Of a stretch of DNA of 30,828 bases, positions 8,347 to 17,007 are shown piece after piece. How positions within the stretch are numbered: the first letter of the stretch is position 1; each line of letters starts with the position of its first letter. Source of the DNA: an uncultured bacterium. GTDB lineage: Bacteria > SAR324 > NAC60-12. Below the pieces are notes generated by a model. It made no database searches. It saw only the letters and a program-made list of their open reading frames with translations, and had not been told where the DNA came from. The stretch lies in assembly GCA_965662235.1 (NCBI GenBank), contig CBFIGY010000035.1:1-30828 (forward strand), written 5' to 3'. The translations under genes were made by a program, and so were the position numbers.

Positions 8347-8380
8347 ACTTCATGATTTCTTCACAATTGAATGCAATAAT
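8347..8380 (+). promoter_or_regulatory. OmpR/PhoB-family-type direct-repeat box plus -10 element upstream of the RND operon
   Basis: CTTCAT (8348) and CTTCAC (8359) are 11 bp apart. The box ends 10 bp before TG-C-AATAAT (-10 hexamer 8375-8380). Confidence 0.4.
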
Positions 8381-8419
8381 TCCTGAATTCGGATTGACAA
8401 CCTTTTGGGGGGGACTCCC

Positions 8420-9787
8420 ATGAGAAAAGGAGTGGTGCTTTTGGCAGTACTCATCGGCGCATCAGGCGGGATCGGCTGGATGGCCTATGAGCGAATGCAG
8501 TCTTCCACCTCTTCCGGTTCCGGAGGAGGCTGGGGAGGCCGAGGAGGCAACCGAGGCGGAGGCGCTGTTGCCGTCGAGGTGATGCCCGTACAGCGCCGCA
8601 CGATGCAGGACCTCGTCACGCTCACAGGAACCCTGGAGCCCCAAACCCGCTTCCTCGTCGCTCCGAAGGTTTCCGGACGTCTGGACTCGCTGCTGGTGAA
8701 CATGGGAGACGCCGTGACCAACGGACAGCTGGTTGCCAAGCTTGATGACGCTGAGGCGGTGCAGCAGATCCGGCAAGCCGAGGCGGCCCTCAAGACCGCT
8801 CAGTCAAGCCTAGAGGCCTCGCGTGAGGCGGTTGAGCAGGCCGAACGGGACCTCCGTCGCATCCGAGACCTCAGCTCCCGAGGCCTGGCCCCCCAGAATC
8901 AGCTCGAGAGTGCTCAGTCGCAGCTGGCCACCCGCGAGGCCAACCTCCGGATGGCGCAGTCCATTCTCAATGAACGTCGCTCCAGTCTGGAAGCCGCCCG
9001 CATCCGGGAAGCCTACAGCGACATCCGGGTCAGCTGGGACTCCGGAGGCGAAACCCGAGTGGTTGGTGAGCGTTTTGTGGACCCCGGCACCCTCCTCAAC
9101 TCCAACACGCCTCTGCTCTCCATCCTGGACCTTTCCACCCTCACCGCTGTCGTGACCGTTACCGAGGTGGACTACTTCAAGCTGCAGCCTGGACAGAAAG
9201 CGGAGGTCGTGGTCGAAGCCCTACCGGACCAGCGCTTTGCCGGCGAAATTGTCCGCATTGCCCCGTTTCTCCAGGAAACTTCCCGAGAGGCGCGGGTCGA
9301 GGTGGCGGTCCCCAACCCGGAAGCCCTCCTGAAGCCGGGAATGTTTGTTCGGGTCGCGGTTGAGCTGGAGCGCCGAGAGTCTGCGCTGGTGATTCCACAA
9401 GCGGCATTAGTCAACCGAAAGGGGCCCGGCGTGTTTGTCGCAGACCGGGAAACCAACCTGGCCACCTTCACTCCCATCCAAATGGGCATCACCGACAACG
9501 ACTGGATTGAGGTCCGCTCTCCGGAACTTTCGGGAGACGTGGTGACCTTGGGCCAGCACCTCCTCAAGGACGGGGCCGCCTTGCTCATTGCAGAGCCAGG
9601 AAAAGCGGCGGCGCCCCGTGGACGGGAACGTCCCGGAAAACCGGCAGACGGTGATTCCCCGTCGGGCCCAGGCAAGCGTCCGGCACAAGGCGCGCAGAGC
9701 GAAAAAGCCCCTTCCGGGCGCCCTGCGTCAACAGAAGCCCCTCAGGTCGCCGAACGGACCTCCGGTCGTTCCTCGGCGGCTCAGTAA
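8420..9787 (+). CDS. RND efflux periplasmic adaptor subunit (membrane fusion protein)
   Basis: N-terminal TM anchor, VAPKVSGRL..LLVNMGDAV..GQLVAKLD, coiled-coil hairpin, LKPGMFV, low-complexity C-terminal tail. ATG 8420. Confidence 0.92.
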   Translation: MRKGVVLLAVLIGASGGIGWMAYERMQSSTSSGSGGGWGGRGGNRGGGAVAVEVMPVQRRTMQDLVTLTGTLEPQTRFLVAPKVSGRLDSLLVNMGDAVTNGQLVAKLDDAEAVQQIRQAEAALKTAQSSLEASREAVEQAERDLRRIRDLSSRGLAPQNQLESAQSQLATREANLRMAQSILNERRSSLEAARIREAYSDIRVSWDSGGETRVVGERFVDPGTLLNSNTPLLSILDLSTLTAVVTVTEVDYFKLQPGQKAEVVVEALPDQRFAGEIVRIAPFLQETSREARVEVAVPNPEALLKPGMFVRVAVELERRESALVIPQAALVNRKGPGVFVADRETNLATFTPIQMGITDNDWIEVRSPELSGDVVTLGQHLLKDGAALLIAEPGKAAAPRGRERPGKPADGDSPSGPGKRPAQGAQSEKAPSGRPASTEAPQVAERTSGRSSAAQ

Positions 9788-9820
9788 CTCCTCTTCGGTT
9801 CTGCTTCCAACGGAGTCTCC

Positions 9821-12800
9821 ATGTCTCGATTTTCTGTGCTGCGCCCCATCTTTGTGTCCATGGCCACCCTAATCGTGGTCATCCTAGGAGGCCTTTCCAT
9901 GTCCCGGCTTCCGATTGACCTGATGCCTGAGATCACGTTTCCGACACTCAGCGTCGTCACGTCCTACAGCGGTGCAGCGCCAGAAGAGGTGGAAAAGCTC
10001 ATCACCCGCCGCATTGAGCAGGCCCTCAGCGCAGTTCCCGGGGCTGAGTCCGTTTCCTCCACTTCCAGCGAGGGGAACAGCTCCGTCCGCATCTCCTTCG
10101 CCTGGGGCTCCAACCTCGACGAAGCCGCCAACGACATCCGGGATCGCCTAGACCGCATCGCCGGCAGCCTTCCGGAAGAGGCCAGCCGTCCCACCCTCCG
10201 GAAGTTCGACCTGGCCCAGTTTCCAGTCCTCATCCTGGGCGCCACCAGCAGCCTCAGTCCCACAGAAACTCAGCAGTTGATTGACACTCAGGTCCGGTAC
10301 CGGCTGGAGCGACAGCCCGGAGTCGCCTCCATTGACATCTGGGGAGGGCGCGAGCAGGAGGTTCGGATCACCACCAACTCCGACAAGTTGCGTTCCCTTG
10401 GCCTCTCCGTTCAGGACATCACGGGCGCCCTGAAGCGCCAAAACGTCAACCTGCCCATTGGCTCTCTGCGTCAAGGCAACTACGAATTGATTGTCCGGGC
10501 AGCAGGCGAATTCACCCGGCTGGAAGACATCCGCAACACCCTCATCACCGTCCGAGATCAGTCCCCGATCTTTCTGGGAGAAATTGCCACCGTCGCGCTG
10601 CAGGAAAAGGAGCAGAGCCGCATCATCCACATCAACGGTGAGCCCGGAGTGCGCATTTCGGTCAACAAGCAGTCTGGCGCCAACACGGTTGAGGTGGCCC
10701 AGTTGGTGCTCGATGAGTTGGATCGGGTGGCCCGTGACCTTCCGCAGGTGCAGATCATTCCCCTCATCGACACGTCACAGTTCATCCAAAACTCCATCCG
10801 GAACGTCATGACCTCGGCGGCGTATGGAGGGGTCTTTGCGATCCTCATCCTGTTGACCTTTCTCCGGAACCTCCGGAGCACCGCCATCATTGCCACCGCG
10901 ATTCCGGTCTCCATCATTGCGACCTTCATCCCCATTCAGGGGGCAGGCTTCACCTTGAACCTGATGAGCCTTGGAGGCCTTGCCATTGGGGTGGGGATGA
11001 TTGTTGACAATGCCATTGTGGTGCTGGAAAACATCTACCGGCACCGTCAGTCAGGCATGCCTGCGCTGGAAGCCGCTGCTGAGGGAAGCCGAGAAGTCAC
11101 ACCGGCGATCCTGTCCAGCACCTTGACCACCATGGTCATCTTTTTGCCACTCCTGTTTGTCCAGGGCGTGTCCGGAATCATGTTTGCTCAACTGGCCTAC
11201 GTCATTGGATTCGCGCTGCTGTGCTCACTGGGGGTGGCGTTGACGGTGATCCCAATGCTGGCCGCTCAGGCACTGAAGCAGGCGCCGGCCACCCCTAACC
11301 GAGAGCCCTGGCTGCAGCGTCAGTACACCGACCTCCTCGCCGGCGCGCTCGCCTATCCCAAGAGCACGCTGCTCGGCATCCTCTTTGTCTTCACCGGGAG
11401 CCTCGCGCTCTACCCACTCATTGGCCAGGAGTTCATGCCGGAAGCCGACCAAGGGGAGGTTCGGGTGAACGTCGAGATGGACATTGGCACTCACATTGAC
11501 GCGCTGGCCGCTAAGTTTGACCTAGTCGAGTCCCTCATCCGGGACAATGTTCCTGAAGCCAAGCACCTAGTCACCAGCATGGGCGGCAGCAGCTGGCGCA
11601 GCCGCGGTTCTCACCAGGGGAGCGTCCAGGTGGCGCTGGTCCCGGCTGATGAACGGTCCCGGAGCAGCGAACAGATCGCCGCCGATCTGGGAAAGAAGCT
11701 TGCTGGTATTCCGGGAGTTAGCGTTCGTTCCAGCCCCGGACGGGGGCTCTTCATCCTCCGAATTGGTCAAGGTGACGGGGAGCGGATTCAGATTGAGATC
11801 CGGGGATACGATCAGGAAGTTGCAGCCCAGCTGGCTCGGGACATCCAGAGCCGCATCCGGGACATTCCCGGCATTGGCTACGTTCGGGCCGCCCGTGGGG
11901 AGCGGAGTCCGGAACGTCGGGTGGAGGTGGACCGTGACCGGGCCGCAGACCTTGGCGTCTCGGTGGCTGATGTCGCCGGCACCCTGCAGGCGTACCTAGC
12001 CGGTGTCTCAGGAGGAACCTTCCGGGACGCAGGAAATGAGTACAGCCTGATCCTGAAGGTCGAAGACAGCGAGCCCTTGACCCTGGAGCGCCTGCTGGAA
12101 CAGACCGTCCCGAACACACAGAAGGTGCCCATCTCCCTGAAAAACGTGGCCCGTCCCGTTTCCACAACCGCGCCCACGGAAATCCGCCGGCAGGATCAGG
12201 AGCGCATCGTCAACATCTCAGTCAGCATCTCCGGACGAGACATGGGGTCGGTCGTTTCAGACATCCGTGCAGCGCTTGCGTCTCTGCCGGTTCCGGAAGA
12301 GTTCAGTGTGGTCTTCAGTGGCGACTATGAGGCGCAGCAGGAGGCTTTCCAGGAGCTGATCATTGGTCTGCTGCTGGCGATCTTGCTGGTTTACATGGTG
12401 ATGGCGTGCCTCTACGAGTCCCTCCGGGATCCGTTGGTGGTGCTGTTCAGCGTTCCGGTCGCTGCGATTGGTGTGCTGTTGGCGCTCTTCCTGACCGGAG
12501 ACACCTTCAACATTCAGTCGTGGATTGGCTGCATCATGCTCGCCGGGATTGTCGTCAATAATGCCATTTTGCTGGTTGACCACATCAATCATGAACGCCG
12601 CACGGAAGGCAAGGACCTCCGGGAGGCAATCCTCTTGGCTGGACAGCACCGACTCCGCCCCATCCTCATGACCGCGTTGACGACCATTCTTGCCATGGTT
12701 CCTCTTGCCATTGGCATTGGAGAGGGCAGCGAGGCTCAGGCGTCTATGGCTCGGGTCGTCATTGGAGGACTATTCAGCTCCACCGTGATCACCCTCTTCC

Positions 12801-12913
12801 TCATCCCGATCGTGTACCAGTTCGCCGAGCAGTGGTTTCCTCAGAAGGCTGCCGCTGGCGAGACGGCGCCTCATCCGGCAGCAGCTTCGTCTGCAGAAGC
12901 CGTTTCGCCTTAA
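9821..12913 (+). CDS. RND efflux permease (AcrB/AcrD/AcrF family, SwrC/NolG-like)
   Basis: 1030 aa; RPIF, LPIDLMPEI.FP, GAAPEEVE, NLMSLGGLAIGVGMIVDNAIVVLENI, GIVVNNAILLVD, RLRPILMT. Confidence 0.95.
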   Translation: MSRFSVLRPIFVSMATLIVVILGGLSMSRLPIDLMPEITFPTLSVVTSYSGAAPEEVEKLITRRIEQALSAVPGAESVSSTSSEGNSSVRISFAWGSNLDEAANDIRDRLDRIAGSLPEEASRPTLRKFDLAQFPVLILGATSSLSPTETQQLIDTQVRYRLERQPGVASIDIWGGREQEVRITTNSDKLRSLGLSVQDITGALKRQNVNLPIGSLRQGNYELIVRAAGEFTRLEDIRNTLITVRDQSPIFLGEIATVALQEKEQSRIIHINGEPGVRISVNKQSGANTVEVAQLVLDELDRVARDLPQVQIIPLIDTSQFIQNSIRNVMTSAAYGGVFAILILLTFLRNLRSTAIIATAIPVSIIATFIPIQGAGFTLNLMSLGGLAIGVGMIVDNAIVVLENIYRHRQSGMPALEAAAEGSREVTPAILSSTLTTMVIFLPLLFVQGVSGIMFAQLAYVIGFALLCSLGVALTVIPMLAAQALKQAPATPNREPWLQRQYTDLLAGALAYPKSTLLGILFVFTGSLALYPLIGQEFMPEADQGEVRVNVEMDIGTHIDALAAKFDLVESLIRDNVPEAKHLVTSMGGSSWRSRGSHQGSVQVALVPADERSRSSEQIAADLGKKLAGIPGVSVRSSPGRGLFILRIGQGDGERIQIEIRGYDQEVAAQLARDIQSRIRDIPGIGYVRAARGERSPERRVEVDRDRAADLGVSVADVAGTLQAYLAGVSGGTFRDAGNEYSLILKVEDSEPLTLERLLEQTVPNTQKVPISLKNVARPVSTTAPTEIRRQDQERIVNISVSISGRDMGSVVSDIRAALASLPVPEEFSVVFSGDYEAQQEAFQELIIGLLLAILLVYMVMACLYESLRDPLVVLFSVPVAAIGVLLALFLTGDTFNIQSWIGCIMLAGIVVNNAILLVDHINHERRTEGKDLREAILLAGQHRLRPILMTALTTILAMVPLAIGIGEGSEAQASMARVVIGGLFSSTVITLFLIPIVYQFAEQWFPQKAAAGETAPHPAAASSAEAVSP

Positions 12914-12921
12914 ACCCGAGG

Positions 12922-13806
12922 CTAGACCCGTCCCTGCCGCCGGAGCACAAACACCCCGCTGGCAATGATCACCAGGGAGCCGGCGATTGTGTTGGAAGAC
13001 GGGACCTCCCCTAGGATCAGGTAGGCATTGAGGGCGCCAAACACCACAATCGAGTAGCGGCCTGTTGACGTCACCGAGAGGGGCGCCCAGCGTACCGTCA
13101 GGACCGACATGAGGTAGCCCACCGTGACCATGCTGGCGGAACCAAGCAGCGGCCACAGCGGTCCCTGAAGCGACGGCACGCCCCTCCCCACCGCCATGAT
13201 TCCGGCGGCTAGGGTCACCAGAAGAGAGGTCATCAGCACCACCTCGATTCCGGAGTACCCAGTTGGCATTCGCTTGGTCACCAACTCCCGGAACACCAGC
13301 AGCGTTGTGGCCAACAGAGGAAAGGCATAGGTCAGCTGAAAGCCTAGGTCATCCGGCCACACCACCACCAGCACCCCCACAAAACCAGACCCCACTGCCG
13401 TCCAGGTCCGGCGATCCACTGATTCCTTGAGAAACACCGCTCCTGCAGCCGTGATCATCAGGGGCGCCGACAGCATGATCGTGTACACGTCTGAGAGCGG
13501 AAGCAGCAGCACCGCGGCAAAGAAGGAACTCGTCAGCGCCACCTCAATCAACCCTCGGCCGTGCAGCAGGTTCGGTGGCCAGAAGTGCCGCACACGCCCC
13601 TCCTTGCGAACCAGCAACCACCCCAGCGCAAAGGCGCAGACCATCAGCCCCCTCAGAAAGAGCACCCAGAAGATGCTGTCGGACTGCGGTTGCTGAGCCA
13701 CCAGCAGCTTGACCCAGGCATCGTTGACGGAAAAACAGAACTGTCCCAGCAACATGGCCAGGATTCCAGGCAGGTAAGAGGGCGGAGCCTCAGCAACAGA
13801 AGTCAT
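12922..13806 (-). CDS. DMT/EamA-family transporter
   Basis: 294 aa, about 10 TM segments; F.VNDA.VK, LFLRG, APLMIT..A.FLKE.V, GFVGVLVVV.P, GEVP. Confidence 0.9.
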   Translation of the reverse strand: MTSVAEAPPSYLPGILAMLLGQFCFSVNDAWVKLLVAQQPQSDSIFWVLFLRGLMVCAFALGWLLVRKEGRVRHFWPPNLLHGRGLIEVALTSSFFAAVLLLPLSDVYTIMLSAPLMITAAGAVFLKESVDRRTWTAVGSGFVGVLVVVWPDDLGFQLTYAFPLLATTLLVFRELVTKRMPTGYSGIEVVLMTSLLVTLAAGIMAVGRGVPSLQGPLWPLLGSASMVTVGYLMSVLTVRWAPLSVTSTGRYSIVVFGALNAYLILGEVPSSNTIAGSLVIIASGVFVLRRQGRV

Positions 13807-14050
13807 GCGTCCGGGATTGAGGGCGACAGGGGTGAGCAGCAGCGCCCCAAGCCATGAGGGCTTCCTCTGAAATATCGACTCCGCCCAAGAAGCACAAGTT
13901 GAACGCTTGCCCCCGAAAGCACTTTTCTGCAGAGGCCAACCCGGAGGAGTCTCAAATCACGATATGCTGGAACTCGCCTTGCAGAGTTTTGGGAAAGGAT
14001 ATAAAGTTTCGGTCTTTCGCCATCCCCCCTTTTTGACAACTGAGGCATTC

Positions 14051-15349
14051 ATGGATCAGCAATTTACTTCGTCTTCTGAAGAAGAGTCTTCGTGCGTCGA
14101 CACCACCTCTCCCGTCTCCCTTCCTGACTTCAACCGAGCGGCACCACTGACGGCGCCGGAGGCGGTACGGCTGGACTCCATTCTTCCGGCGGAGCCTCTT
14201 TTGCTGATGGGCGCTGGCCCGGTCCCCATCTCCCAGGCGGTCGCCCGGGCCAATGGTGTGGTCATCAACCACCTCGGTGAAACCATGGACACGGTCATCC
14301 GGAACCTCAAGCAGATGACCCGCTACGCCTTCCAAACTGAGTCTGACAAAATCTTCGGCGTCTCCGGTCCTGCTTCAGCAGCCATGGAGATGGCCATCAC
14401 GAACCTGCTCTGGCCCGGACGTCGGGCACTGGTCCTCAAGGTGGGCACCTTCAGCGGTCGTCTGGGAGAAATGGCGGAAGGCGTTGGTGCTGAAGTGGAC
14501 CTGCTGGAAGCCGACTGCATCCGTCCCATCTGGGCTGATGAAGTGGCCGCGGCCTTCCGGGAAAAGCACTATGACGTGGTCACTGTGGCACAGGGCGAAA
14601 CGTCCTGCGGCGTTCACACCTCGGAGCTCCAGGAAATCGCTCGGATTGCCAAGTCACATGGGGCCTTGGTCATCACCGACGCCGTGGTCACGCTCACCAC
14701 CATGCCGCTGCTGATGGACGAGTGGGGCATTGACGCCGCTGTTGCCGGAGGACAGAAGGGCCTGGCGTCCATCCCCGGGGTTTCCATGCTGGCTTTTTCC
14801 GAAGAAGCCTGGAGCGTTCTGGAGCAACGCACCGAACGTCTGCCGCACTGGTGCTTTGACGCCAAACGGGCGCAGCAGTTTTGGGGTTACCAGCAGTATC
14901 ACTACACCGCCCCGGTTCCTGGCATCCTCGCCATGCATGAAGCCATGCGGCAGATCTGCGAGGAGACGCTCCCGCAGCGCTTCCGGCGGCACCTGATCAG
15001 CTCCAAGGCGCTGCAGGCAGCGGTTCAGGCAATGGGGCTCGAGCTGTTTGTCCCTGAGTCCTATCGCCTCAACTCCGTGGTCGCCATTCAGCTTCCAGAG
15101 GGCGTTGACAGTGCCGGCATCCGTAAGATCATGTCGTCCCGCTTCAATGTGGAGATCTCCGGAGCCTTTGGACTCGACATCGTCCGCATCGGACAGATGG
15201 GAGAGCAGTGCCGTTCCCACAACCTCTTCAAGGTCCTCTACGCCCTCGGCATGAGCTGCAAGATGCAGGGCGTTTCCCTCGACGTCAGCTGCGGCATGGC
15301 AGAGCTTGAGCGGCACCTCAGCTTTGACCCAGAAATGCACGTCCCCTGA
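14051..15349 (+). CDS. Class V PLP aminotransferase, alanine/serine-glyoxylate (AGT/PucG-like) family
   Basis: LLMGAGPVP, SAAMEMA, QGETSCGV, DAVVT, GGQKGL (PLP lysine), YHYTAP, RIGQMG. ATG 14051 after GAGG. Confidence 0.9.
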   Translation: MDQQFTSSSEEESSCVDTTSPVSLPDFNRAAPLTAPEAVRLDSILPAEPLLLMGAGPVPISQAVARANGVVINHLGETMDTVIRNLKQMTRYAFQTESDKIFGVSGPASAAMEMAITNLLWPGRRALVLKVGTFSGRLGEMAEGVGAEVDLLEADCIRPIWADEVAAAFREKHYDVVTVAQGETSCGVHTSELQEIARIAKSHGALVITDAVVTLTTMPLLMDEWGIDAAVAGGQKGLASIPGVSMLAFSEEAWSVLEQRTERLPHWCFDAKRAQQFWGYQQYHYTAPVPGILAMHEAMRQICEETLPQRFRRHLISSKALQAAVQAMGLELFVPESYRLNSVVAIQLPEGVDSAGIRKIMSSRFNVEISGAFGLDIVRIGQMGEQCRSHNLFKVLYALGMSCKMQGVSLDVSCGMAELERHLSFDPEMHVP

Positions 15350-15351
15350 GC

Positions 15352-16749
15352 ATGAGTGAGCCCGGGCTGACCTTCCGCTTTGACCGAGGAACGCTGCTGC
15401 TGGACTGGAATGGCACCCCCGACCTCCCTTCAGAGGTCCGTGCCCTCCTTCCAGGCATCGACTGGGATGAACGGACCCGCGAGTGGCGTGCTCCGGCCTG
15501 GCGGTACCGGGACCTCATCCTCGCCGTTCACCGACGGGGCATCCCCTATCACGACACCGCCCGGGCCTTTCAGCCCCTAGACCTTCCCCTTGCCACCGCC
15601 ATCACGCCCCGCCCCTACCAAGCCGAAGCCGTCACCGCTTGGGAACAGCAGCAACGCGGAGTGGTCGCCTTGCCGACAGGAGCCGGCAAGACCATCCTCG
15701 CAGTTCTCCTCATTGAGCGGACCCGACGTCCGACCCTCGTGCAGGTGCCCACCCTGGACCTGATGCGGCAGTGGCAGGACATCCTTCAGCAGAGCTTCAA
15801 TCAGCCGATCGGCCTCCTTGGAGGAGGCGTGAAGGACCTCCAGCCCCTGACCGTGGCCACCTACGATTCGGCACTCATTCACCTCCCTCAGATTGGAAAC
15901 CGCTTCGGCTTCCTCGTGTTTGACGAGTGCCACCACCTGCCCAGCGAGCAGTACCAGCTGACCGCTATTGGCTCCCTGGCCCCCTTTCGCCTGGGCCTCA
16001 GTGCCACTCCGGAACGCAGCGACGGACGGGAAGCACAGCTTTACGAGCTCTGTGGACCACTCTGCTACGAGGCCCACATTGACGAGCTTCGGGGGCAAAC
16101 ACTCGCTCCTTATGATGTGGAAACCCTGCAGGTGGAAATGCTTCCGGAGGAGGCCGACGAGTACGCCCTCCAGCGGGCCCGTTACACCGCGTTTCTTCGG
16201 CAGGAACGCATCGACATGAGTGGTCCGGATGGATGGCGGACCTTCTTGTGGAAGAGCAGCCGCTCGGCTCAGGGACGGGAAGCCTTCCAGGCCTACCTCG
16301 CCCAGAAACGCCTGAGCCTCGCTTCAGCGGCCAAGGAAAGCTGGGTCTGGACGCTCCTGCGCCGTCATCAAGGAGAACGCATCCTCATCTTCACCCAAGA
16401 CAACGAAACCGCCTACCGACTGGGCCGGCAGTTCCTTGTTCCGGTGCTGACGCACCACACCAAGGTGCAGGAGCGGCAGGCCTTTCTGCAGGCGTTTCGT
16501 TCCGGCGCCTACCCTGTGCTCGTGACCTCGAAGGTGCTCAACGAGGGCGTTGATGTTCCAGAAGCAAGCGTCGGCATTGTTGTCTCCGGCAGCGGCAGCA
16601 TCCGGGAGCATGTGCAGCGGCTGGGACGCATCCTCCGGGGACGTCCAGGCAAGCGGGCCATTCTCTATGAGCTCGTTTCCCGGAACACCGGAGAGCAGTT
16701 TGTCAACCAGCGACGCCGGCAACACCGAGCCTATCACCGCTCCCGCTGA
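15352..16749 (+). CDS. XPB/Rad25/Ssl2-like superfamily 2 helicase
   Basis: RPYQ Q-motif, LPTGAGKT, DECHH, GLSATPER, LNEGVDVP, QRLGRILR; N-terminal WDERTREWRAPA segment like short XPB homologues. Confidence 0.9.
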   Translation: MSEPGLTFRFDRGTLLLDWNGTPDLPSEVRALLPGIDWDERTREWRAPAWRYRDLILAVHRRGIPYHDTARAFQPLDLPLATAITPRPYQAEAVTAWEQQQRGVVALPTGAGKTILAVLLIERTRRPTLVQVPTLDLMRQWQDILQQSFNQPIGLLGGGVKDLQPLTVATYDSALIHLPQIGNRFGFLVFDECHHLPSEQYQLTAIGSLAPFRLGLSATPERSDGREAQLYELCGPLCYEAHIDELRGQTLAPYDVETLQVEMLPEEADEYALQRARYTAFLRQERIDMSGPDGWRTFLWKSSRSAQGREAFQAYLAQKRLSLASAAKESWVWTLLRRHQGERILIFTQDNETAYRLGRQFLVPVLTHHTKVQERQAFLQAFRSGAYPVLVTSKVLNEGVDVPEASVGIVVSGSGSIREHVQRLGRILRGRPGKRAILYELVSRNTGEQFVNQRRRQHRAYHRSR

Positions 16750-16855
16750 AGCCTCGGGGTGCTGCCGGCTTGATTCCCGTTTTAGGCTGCTGAAATCGGT
16801 GTGGAATTGGCGAGGCCAGGAGCTGAAGCAATCCGTTTGCCCCTTGGCAAAGGCG

Positions 16856-16884
16856 TTGACTCCGCCCCCAGACGTCGGTAAGTT
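16856..16884 (+). promoter_or_regulatory. Sigma-70-type promoter of the 5'-nucleotidase gene
   Basis: TTGACT (16856-16861), 17 bp spacer, TAAGTT (16879-16884). Confidence 0.6.
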
Positions 16885-16886
16885 AG

Positions 16887-16978
16887 AGACGCCCTGACCC
16901 CTTCAGCTCCAGTCCGTCAGTCCCTCCGGGAGGGCTTCATCGAATCTGAACATAAAGATGATGAGCTAGTGAGTGTCT
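16887..16978 (+). ncRNA. Candidate structured 5' leader (four-way junction), not a family I recognise
   Basis: Hand-folded: AGACGC(16887-92)/GTGTCT(16973-78); CTGAC(16894-98)/GTCAG(16916-20); CCCTC(16922-26)/GAGGG(16930-34); TTCATC(16936-41)/GATGAG(16960-65). Confidence 0.3.
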
Positions 16979-17007
16979 GTCAACCTCCATTTTTCAAGGA
17001 AACTTCC

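Noticed and set aside
13907..14050. N-terminal extensions in the ORF track (also 16969-17007, 19579-19716, 20673-20831, 23774-23887)
   Set aside because: Family homology begins at downstream ATGs, most with a ribosome-binding site or a stop-start overlap. The extensions cover promoter DNA or the neighbouring gene.
16942..16952. GAATCTGAAC resembling the TPP riboswitch GAACCTGAT segment
   Set aside because: The CTGAGA motif and the downstream TAAT...GCG.AGG elements are absent.
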